A DNA stretch of 64,000 nucleotides from Eledone cirrhosa (lineage: Eukaryota), in the NCBI GenBank assembly GCA_964016885.1, contig OZ024740.1, forward strand, positions 105,462,001 through 105,526,000, written 5' to 3'. A model generated the notes under the pieces. That model saw only the letters and a list, made by a program, of their open reading frames with translations. It was not told the DNA's origin and made no database searches. This document shows, piece after piece, positions 54,476 to 64,000 of this stretch. Position 1 is the stretch's first letter, and each line of letters begins with the position of its first letter. The position numbers were made by a program, and so were the translations under genes.

Positions 54476-54938
54476 CGTATTTACAGCTAGGTAGAGCTGG
54501 GAGTCGTACAACGCCGCCAATAACTGCTTATTTCTCAAGCAGCAAGTTCGGTAACCTATTGACACAAGAATCTATGAAAAGTTCATAAAATTTCTAAAAT
54601 TTCATAAAATTTCAGCAAGGCATTTCACATTTTTCTATTCTCATAGTCTCGAAAACGCATTTATTCATATGGAACTTGGGAAGATATTTTTGCTTGTTGT
54701 TTACTATAAAACCTAATTTACTAGATGCTACGAAGCTATCTGCTTTTATTATGACCTTCATCGCAATATAAAGCTTCAGACAAGAAGTGCAAAGCTATAT
54801 AGTAAAATAGAATGACGTAGTGATGTTGTTTTCACCTATACTAGAGTGGGAGTATCATTTTTCAGGAAGCTCTTTCGCTAAGTGCCAATTTTTTCTTCTC
54901 TGTGTATCAGTAATTCTATCTTTTCTGTGCCTGCCACC

Positions 54939-54999
<61 letters not shown>

Positions 55000-55044
55000 T
55001 CTCTCTCTCTCTCGTTCTCTCTCTCTCCCTCTCTCTCTCTCACC

Positions 55045-55125
<81 letters not shown>

Positions 55126-55222
55126 AGTCTCCGTTTGACTGATGTTCGTCTGTTTGTCTGTCTTACGGCCGTCTCATATTACATATAGTTGTTTATTTAT
55201 GTATACGGATATATCTATATAT

Positions 55223-55953
55223 ATATATATATATATATATGGACTTACTTTCTTATATATTGCTCTGATTGTTGATTATTTAATTAATTAATTAGTCATT
55301 GAGCCACACCGTGAATGGTTGCTAAAAACATATATATATATATATGGCTCTGTCTAGTTTATGTATATGTAAACCTCTATATTTTATATACTCCCGTAAG
55401 GTTGAGTATAGCTTTAGGCAGTATTCGGCTGCGCTTTCTAGCAACCAGCCTACTCGCCGTCAGGCACCAATCACAAGCTTTCTGACTTGACCACAGGCCA
55501 TGTGACAATTCTTAGCCATTTTGAATTCGTTTCTGGCGAGGATCATTTAAGAAAAATCTTTATCCAATTGAGTTTGTTTCTGATGATTTCGAAACTCGTT
55601 GATTTATCCGTGATCGGATATTTCCAAAAAGCCAATGAAACCTCCGGGGGTAGAAACATAATTTTGGTATGTTTATGTACATTTTTTTCTTCTTCTAACT
55701 TTGATTTTGTACCTAATTATGTATGGTTAACTATATGTCTAGTCAGTTTCTACGGGTTATTAGAAATACTAGGTAAATCTTCTGTGGCTGTGGATCGCGG
55801 ATAAAATAGCTATCATATATTTATCTATTGTTTCTTGATAGGTACATTTTAAACTTACAGCCTCGTTTAATTGATTTTTTATGTGGTTGATTATGCTGAT
55901 TGGGAGAAGAAATACTGTATAGATTTTATCAAATGATTCTATCGACTTACTTT

Positions 55954-55960
<7 letters not shown>
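55223..55960. mobile_element. Permuted copy of the 37630-38215 repeat with short terminal direct repeat
   Basis: gacttactttcttatatat at both ends; (TA)n flanks. Confidence 0.65.
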
Positions 55961-56021
<61 letters not shown>

Positions 56022-56022
56022 T

Positions 56023-56097
<75 letters not shown>

Positions 56098-56113
56098 TAT
56101 ATATATATATATA

Positions 56114-59100
56114 TATAAGTTAAAACAATGGAATAAAAGATCAAGTCATTAGAAATATACTTCACTTCTTTACGATCGTTTCTAGGTGATGATAATACGT
56201 CGTAACTATACTTCTTTATCGATCTATGTAAGGTTAGTTACAAAATATCAGATAGGGAGAATATTTACTTACATGCATCTCACCAGCTGTTGTAAAAGCA
56301 ATAATAATTGTATTCAAAATTAGTAGTAAAATAGTAGTAAGTTTAGTTCTATGACCTTATTTGGAGGTAGCTGAAGAACTAACCAATCAGATTGTTTTTT
56401 TCCATATGATGTTAAGATGAAAAATAATTCACTTTAGTTGAGGGCAGACCCTTTGAAAGGAATGGTTGAATGGTATTAATAATAGAATTGCTATAAAAAA
56501 TCTATTAAGAAGAAAGGGATTGTCAAATTGATAGTTGAATGTATCTGGTATATCGAAGTTTAAAAGGAATGTAAAAATTAAATGTTGAGTTGTGTTGTAT
56601 GGAGTTTTTAGGTGAATATAAATTAAGGTCATGACTAGGAAAGATAGTATATTAAAAGATGAAAATTATAATAAGATAATGAAATACAGTAATACAATAA
56701 TATAATATAATGTAACACAATATAGTACGGTGTGCTAAATTGTATTTAGTATAATACAGCGTATGATACGCCTTAAAATACTTTCAAGTATGTCTATGTA
56801 TAAATAATCAAACTCAGATAAATGCATGTTGACATAGTCAAAACGCATAAATTTCATAGATCACAAAGTGCATATACCCACATTATAGATAGAGGTATAG
56901 TTATATTGATACTCAACTAAAAATATACATACGCATAAATAGATGTAAACATATACATACATCTACATATGTGCACACAATCATATACACATATATTTAT
57001 ATATATATATCTACATATACACACCTATACACACATATATATATGTATGTACACACACATACATGTACACACACACATATAAAACACTCATACACATATT
57101 ACTCCCGCTAACATTAATTACAATAGGAATAGCTCAAGGATTAATGAGAATGGTACAGGTACCCCCAACAACCATCTTACGTATGGTTGTAATTGTAGAA
57201 ATAGAAGCATCTTCCCCTTAAATGGCATCTATTTGATTAATAATGTAATATATTAATGACCTGTATCGACTACTGACTCCAACAAAACATATATAGGATC
57301 TACATCAAACACATTTAAGAAAAGTTTTTACGCACACTCTAGTAGTTTTAACAATACTAAACTAGCTAACACCACATCTATAGCTGAAGCAGTAAATAAC
57401 TATAAAAATAAAAACATAGATTTCAAACTATCGTGGAACACCATTCTACAAAGAACTCCATATCTTGGGAACAGGAGAGAATGCAGGTTAAGTTTAGGGG
57501 AGATCTTGGAAATTACTAAATCTAAAGACGATTTATTGAATAAACGACAGGAACTGATTATAGTTTGTAATCACCATATACGAAAAACATTTAAATACTA
57601 TTAACCTAATTAAATATTCTAAATAGCAACTCACTATAATTCTATGTAGAGTAACATTTGTTAGTATCCCTTTCCCCTAATTATACGCATTCAGGCTTAT
57701 TTCTTACCTTTTCATTTTATAGCTTCCTTAGATTTATGCGTTAATGACTAAGGGCAACAAGGTACACAACCACCCGTAACTGCATGAGTAAATATGTATC
57801 TATGTATGTATGATATGTGAATATATATGTATATATATATATGTGTGTGTGTATGTATATATATGCGAGTATATGTGTATGAGTGATTTTATATGTGTGT
57901 GCGTACATGTATGTATGTGTACATACATATATATGTGTGTATAGGTGTGTATATGTAGGTATATATATATAAATATATGTGTATATGATTGTGTGCACAT
58001 ATGTAGATGTATGTATATGTTTACATCTATTTATGCGTATGTATATTTTAGTTGAGTATCAATATAACTATACCTCTATCTATAATGTGGGTATATGCAC
58101 TTTGTGATCTATGAAATTTATGCGTTTTGACTGTCAACATGCATTTATCTGAGTTTCATTATTTATACATAGACATACTTGAAAGTATTTTAAGGCGTAT
58201 CATACGCTGTATTATACTAAATACAATTTACCACACCGTACTATAGGCAGTATCAGTAGAGGGTCGGACGCCATGCTTTCCAGCATAGTTACGTCCCTTT
58301 ACGATCTGAGTTCAAATCCTGCGGAGGTTGACTTTGCCTTTCATCCTTACGGGGTCGATAAAATAAAGTACCAGTAATGCACTGAGTAATTGCTGGCCTT
58401 GTGCCTAAAGTAGAGACAATTATATTATATTATTGTATTACTGTATTTCATTATCTTATTATAATTTTCATCTTTTAATATACTATCTTTCCTAGTCATG
58501 ACCTTAATTTATATTCACCTAAAAACTCCATACAACACAACTCAACATTTAATTTTTACATTCCTTTTAAACTTCGATATACCATATACATTCAACTATC
58601 AATTTGACAATCCCTTTCTTCTTAATAGATTTTTTATAGCAATTCTATTATTAATAACATTCAACCATTCCTTTCAAAGGGTCTGCCCCCAACTAAAGTG
58701 AATTATTTTTCATCTTAACATCATATGGAAAAAAACAATCTGATTGGTTAGTTCTTCAGCTACCTCCAAATAAGGTCATAGAACTAAATTTACTACTATT
58801 TTACTACTAATTTCGAATAAAATTATTATTGCTTTTACAACAGCTGGTGATATGCATGTAAGTAAATATTCTCCCTATCTGATATTGTGTAACTAACCTT
58901 ACATAGATCGATAAAGAAGTATAGTTACGACGTACTATCATCACCTAGAAAAGATCGTAAAGCAGTGAAGTATATTTCTAATGACTTGATTTTTTATTTC
59001 ATTGTTTTAACTTATACCATGACTCTGTTTTCCTTTTAATGTTTTATTGTTTTCCGGGATTTATTTTAACCTACACCATTTTCAACATATGGATTACATT

Positions 59101-59144
59101 GAGTTCTTCATGCAGAATAGACCCCACAACTTACCGTGGATATC

Positions 59145-59145
<1 letters not shown>
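56114..59145 (+). mobile_element. 5'-truncated PLE with ~1-kb inverted pseudo-LTR and tail
   Basis: 56114-57104 is the reverse complement of 57867-59016; spacer encodes a decayed GIY-YIG end (CNCRN..PLNG..VIY, TYIGST..FK, LLNKRQE) at ~57185-57600. Confidence 0.88.
58246..58420 (+). mobile_element. SINE inserted in the right arm only
   Basis: GAGTTCAAATCC; absent from the left arm at ~56715. Confidence 0.85.
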
Positions 59146-59243
<98 letters not shown>

Positions 59244-59246
59244 TTG

Positions 59247-59287
<41 letters not shown>

Positions 59288-60130
59288 ATGCATTAGTAGT
59301 AGCACTAACATAGTGTGGTTCATCGTAATAGGCGTGTATATGGAAACATATACGATATTTTTGGCATAATACATACAAGAATCCCAGGTTGAATATTTTA
59401 AGCTGTGATCATGTCACAGCTTAAAATATTCGCCGATGATAATGCCATGCAGCTGTTTCTGTATTTATATGCTCTATCAGTGATATTCACCCATTCGTTA
59501 CTGAGACGAGAATAAGCTAAAGCAAATATGGTTTAATTGCATATAGTGCCAACAACAAAAACAAAAACAAAAATAAACATCGGCTGGATATGCTCATTTG
59601 CATATATAGCGAAGTTGACTGTTGAGGAATAATTACCTGTAGCACAAATATAAGATGGTTCTAAATTCTCACATAATAATACCACGTGTATTTTTTTATT
59701 GTCTATGTGTTTATTTCTTAATTGATAATACTAAAATATTCTTTTATTTTATTATACTCTGCAATTGTATCTTCCAATTCACCGGATTAAATTGTATTCC
59801 TGGATTTACAGAGCTAATGAATTACACAGTGTTTTTTATTCCATCTTGTAAACCTGGCGATCACATCAAGAGCTGTATATAGTATGGGGCCAGATTAGTT
59901 AAATTCTTCAAAAGCAAACCTTACATAAACATATACGCATTACACACACACCAACACACGCCCCAACACACATATCTACACACACACAAACACACACATA
60001 TTTACATAAATACATTTATATTTACATATTTATAGATATATATATATACATTAATATTTACATGCACAGATACGCACACACGTACACACACACACGCACA
60101 TACATACATACACATATATATATATATATG

Positions 60131-60170
<40 letters not shown>

Positions 60171-60602
60171 CATATATGTATATATATATATACATATATG
60201 TATATATATATATACATATATGTATATATCAAAATAAAGATCCGAAGGCATGGTATAAATTTCCAATCATTTTAATCACGACACATGTTTCAATAAGAGA
60301 TAGATCGATCGTGCGGCCATGATCGATTATCACTGATCTCATCAGGTGAAAATGAATTGTCTTCAAATCCTTGATATGAGGGAGAACATTTAACGATATT
60401 CACTCACTAGAGTTTTGTCCCCTATATGAAGATTAAGCAGCCAAAACAGGCCGACTGCTATCGTCCTCAGTTAAGGTCATAAAACTATCAAGTCTCTATC
60501 TCTCAATAGCTGTAAAAGACGCTGGACGGGTCTAATCTCAACATCAAATCTTTAGAATTACAGTCAGTCATATTTAGTGTGGTCGACGCGAGGTCGAAGA
60601 AA

Positions 60603-60641
<39 letters not shown>

Positions 60642-60889
60642 AACATAGTATTCACCGAAAGTTATTTTACAAAACAACAAATGCTATATTGGTCAAATCT
60701 CAATTTTACGATGTAAATTGGAGAAATTGGTCAACCGCAACCCTATACACACGCAATTAAATTCAGTTCAATGATCTGCTATAGGTGTATCGATTGAATT
60801 GTAAATAGTGTATGTTTTGGTATATACACATCCGTATCGTCTAAAAAAGTGTATGTTTTGGTATATACACATCCATGTGAAGAGCAAGT

Positions 60890-61600
60890 AGTCAGTTCAT
60901 ATTGAACTCTGTATGTGCCGTTGTCCTATTGAGAATCTGAGTCCCCAAATCTGTGTGTGCAAGCAACCGCCATGTAGGCCACCAAGGGGCTCTGTGTTGT
61001 TTAAGCTTCCAGACTAATTCAGAAAGCGCCGTGCTATTTTTTTAATCTAATCTATTAAAGGTATGGCGGTGATTATACCAGCTAACCTTAAATTCAGTTG
61101 CAGTTGCCCCAACATACCTGAAGGTTCTATCTAAAGAGGAGACCTTACAGTCGTAGACTGTTATTTTCTGTTATCGACCTGGGTAGTTCCAGAGGAACCA
61201 CGGTACCTCTGGTATCGGGTCTCAGTTCTTCTCTGCTCTATGGGTAAGTTCCCAGGGGTTGGGGTGACCCGACTCGCCTCACTTGTATGAGTCCGTTCAT
61301 CCATAAGGCTGCCATTAGTTCTGCCATGTCTCATCTCGCCTTGGGCTGTCCTAAGACTACTATAATTAATCTTAGCTATATTCTGAGCTATGTTACTGGT
61401 TGTGGAGTAGGACAGCTTGATGGTATTCCTATTGAATATTTTATAGTATCTATGTGATCTAGGGAAGAATTTGTCTAAGGCCCTAAAGAAAAGCTTAGCT
61501 ATACTCGTGGTCAGGCCGGTGGAGTATGGGGGGGGGGGGGGGGTTGTACCACAGGATTTTTCTGGTCCGATGCCTCTTGTTCTTATTATCTATACTAGTG
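60890..61600 (-). pseudogene. Decayed PLE RT thumb/linker + GIY-YIG
   Basis: WYNPP.YS..LDKFFP.SH.YYKIFNRNTIKLSYS; VYDCKV..YVGAT..FK..STALSELVWKLK. Confidence 0.8.
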
Positions 61601-61946
61601 TTACCTGTCTCCTTGGTTGCTACTGGTCTATTAGAACTGATAACTGTCTGTGGGTCGAAGGTGTCCTGGGGTGTCCAGATGGTGTTCGGAATCGTCCCAA
61701 GTCTCCGGGGTGGTGTACCCCCCCATTCAGTTATTGGGATTACTCTCGATAGCCGGGGTTATATCCACTATGCGCCTCCTACATTTATCCCTATTCCCTC
61801 TACTCGACCCCTGTTCCATTTTACGTTCGACGGTTGTTTTATCAGTTCTACAATTAAGGTTACAATTAGAGTTTCCGCTGGCAGTACGGTGCTCGGATCC
61901 CGTCTTTGTACCTGGGTGATTATATATATGTATATATATATATGTG

Positions 61947-62011
<65 letters not shown>

Positions 62012-62018
<7 letters not shown>

Positions 62019-62543
62019 AAGTTAAATAAAAGTCAAATGATTAAAATTTAGCTTCGTTTACTACTGCTATATATATTTCAGTGACAGCCATCTTTGGCTG
62101 TGACCTCTTCAGGCAGTTTGAATTAGTATGGTATAGACAAGTACATATGTTGTTTAGGTGTATGATATTGTCAATACTCTGATATGCCCAGTTCCTTGTT
62201 GGGTTGTTAATTCACTGGGGAACTGGAGTCATATGACTCCAGTTCCCCAGTGAATTAACAACCCAACAAGGAACTGGGCATATCAGAGTATTGACAATAT
62301 CATACACCTAAACAACATATGTACTTGTCTATACCATACTAATTCAAACTGCCTGAAGAGGTCACAGCCAAAGATGGCTGTCACTGAAATATATATAGCA
62401 GTAGTAAACGAAGCTAAATTTTAATCATTTGACTTTTATTTAACTTTATTTTACACTACTCCGGAGTAACCAAACCAACCTGCGCACTTCGTCGAGTGCT
62501 CCAGCCTGCATACTGAGGTGTTGGTATACAACCAACATAAACT

Positions 62544-62550
<7 letters not shown>
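62012..62550. mobile_element. Perfect 442-bp palindrome + tail, hammerhead in each arm
   Basis: Arms 62012-62232 and 62233-62453, no spacer (centre CAT|ATG); actgc-CTGAAGA-ggtcacagcc..ggctgtcact-GAAA-tatata-TA-gcagt at 62348-62402 and its mirror. Confidence 0.88.
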
Positions 62551-62586
<36 letters not shown>

Positions 62587-62687
62587 TATATATATATAAA
62601 CATTATCCTATTACCCACTCTACTACCCTAAGTATTGAGTATTCTGGTGCGTTATGGTCCATCTGGTTCCTCACCACAGTTTCTTCG

Positions 62688-62735
<48 letters not shown>

Positions 62736-62929
62736 GTAAATATATGTGTTTTGTAGAACAGTTGATTGTTCTTACTCCACCAGCTGCTTACAAATCGAGT
62801 TAATTCAATTTACAGACACAATGTTTCGAGCCAGTAATTGTAATCTATTCTTTTATACATTACCATTATTGCAAACGTTTTTTTCACAAGAAGGAAACCT
62901 ACGCATTAACCATAGAAACACATACTACA

Positions 62930-63375
62930 CACACATACATTTTACACACATGTCTGCATACACTACACACAATCTCACATCACACACAAGCACACACAAG
63001 CACACACAAATACATTTTACACACATGTCTGCATACACTACACACAATCTCACATCACACACAAGCACACACAAGCACACACAAATACATTTTACACACA
63101 TGTCTGCAAACACTACACACAATCTCACATCACACACAAGCACACACAAGCACACACAAATACATTTTACACACATGTCTGCAAACACTACACACAATCT
63201 CACATCACACACAAGCACACACAAGCACACATAAATACATTTTACACACATGTCTGCATACACTACACACAATCTCACATCACACACAAACACACACAAA
63301 TACATTTTACACACATGTCTGCATACACTGCACACAATCTCATATCACACACAAACACACACACATACATTTTAC
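62930..63375. repeat. 75-bp CA-rich minisatellite (~5.5 units)
   Basis: tacattttac recurs at 62936, 63011, 63086, 63161, 63236. Confidence 0.92.
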
Positions 63376-63429
63376 ACTCATATACATTACACACCAACTT
63401 ACACTACTCACAAACTCACATCACGCACA

Positions 63430-64000
63430 AACACACGCTACACAACAGCATACACTATACACACTCACATTACACACAAACACACACTACACAACAGCAT
63501 ACACTATACACACTCACATTACACACAAACACACACTACACAGCACCATACACTATACACACTCACATTACACACAAACACATGCTACACAGCAGCATAC
63601 ACTATACACACTCACATTATACACAAACACATGCTACACAGCAGCATACACTATACACACTCACATTACGCACAAACACACGCTACACAACAGCATACAC
63701 TATAAACACTCACATTACACAAAAACACACACTACACAGCAGCATACACTATACACACTCACATTACACACAAACACACACTACACAGCAGCATACACTA
63801 TACACACTCACATTACACACAAACACACACTACACAGCAGCATACACTATACACACTCACATTACACACAAACATATACACAACAGCATACACTATACAC
63901 ACTCACATTACACACAAACACATGCTACACAGCAGCATACACTATACACACTCACATTACACACAAACACATGCTACACATGCTACACAGCAGCATACAC
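63430..64000. repeat. 49-bp CA-rich minisatellite (~11 units, runs off the window)
   Basis: cagcatacactatacacactcacattacacacaaac unit, period 49. Confidence 0.92.

Overview
AT-rich, microsatellite-dense metazoan DNA. A cephalopod/octopus origin is inferred from the SINE family and the (TA)n/(CA)n/(GA)n load and is not proven. No confident host gene is present; almost everything interpretable is retroelement-derived, and it sorts by microsatellite target. (1) 6.6-25.0 kb is a compact array of eight non-LTR retrotransposon copies separated by (TTA)n spacers. R4/Dong-like RLE elements are always on the minus strand and Tx1/L1-like APE elements always on the plus strand, nearly alternating. (2) The (TA)n tracts hold many Penelope-like elements (PLEs): one intact young RT+GIY-YIG copy (876-4198), one frameshifted copy with an inverted pseudo-LTR, several decayed relics, and many short non-coding derivatives. 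These derivatives are either direct-repeat-flanked units or fold-back palindromes with a one-sided tail, and many carry hammerhead-ribozyme motifs. Also present: Helitron pieces, tRNA-like SINEs, RTE and CRE 3' relics, a mariner-like MITE and a terminal two-unit minisatellite. All calls were made by eye from motifs; no searches or folding programs were run.
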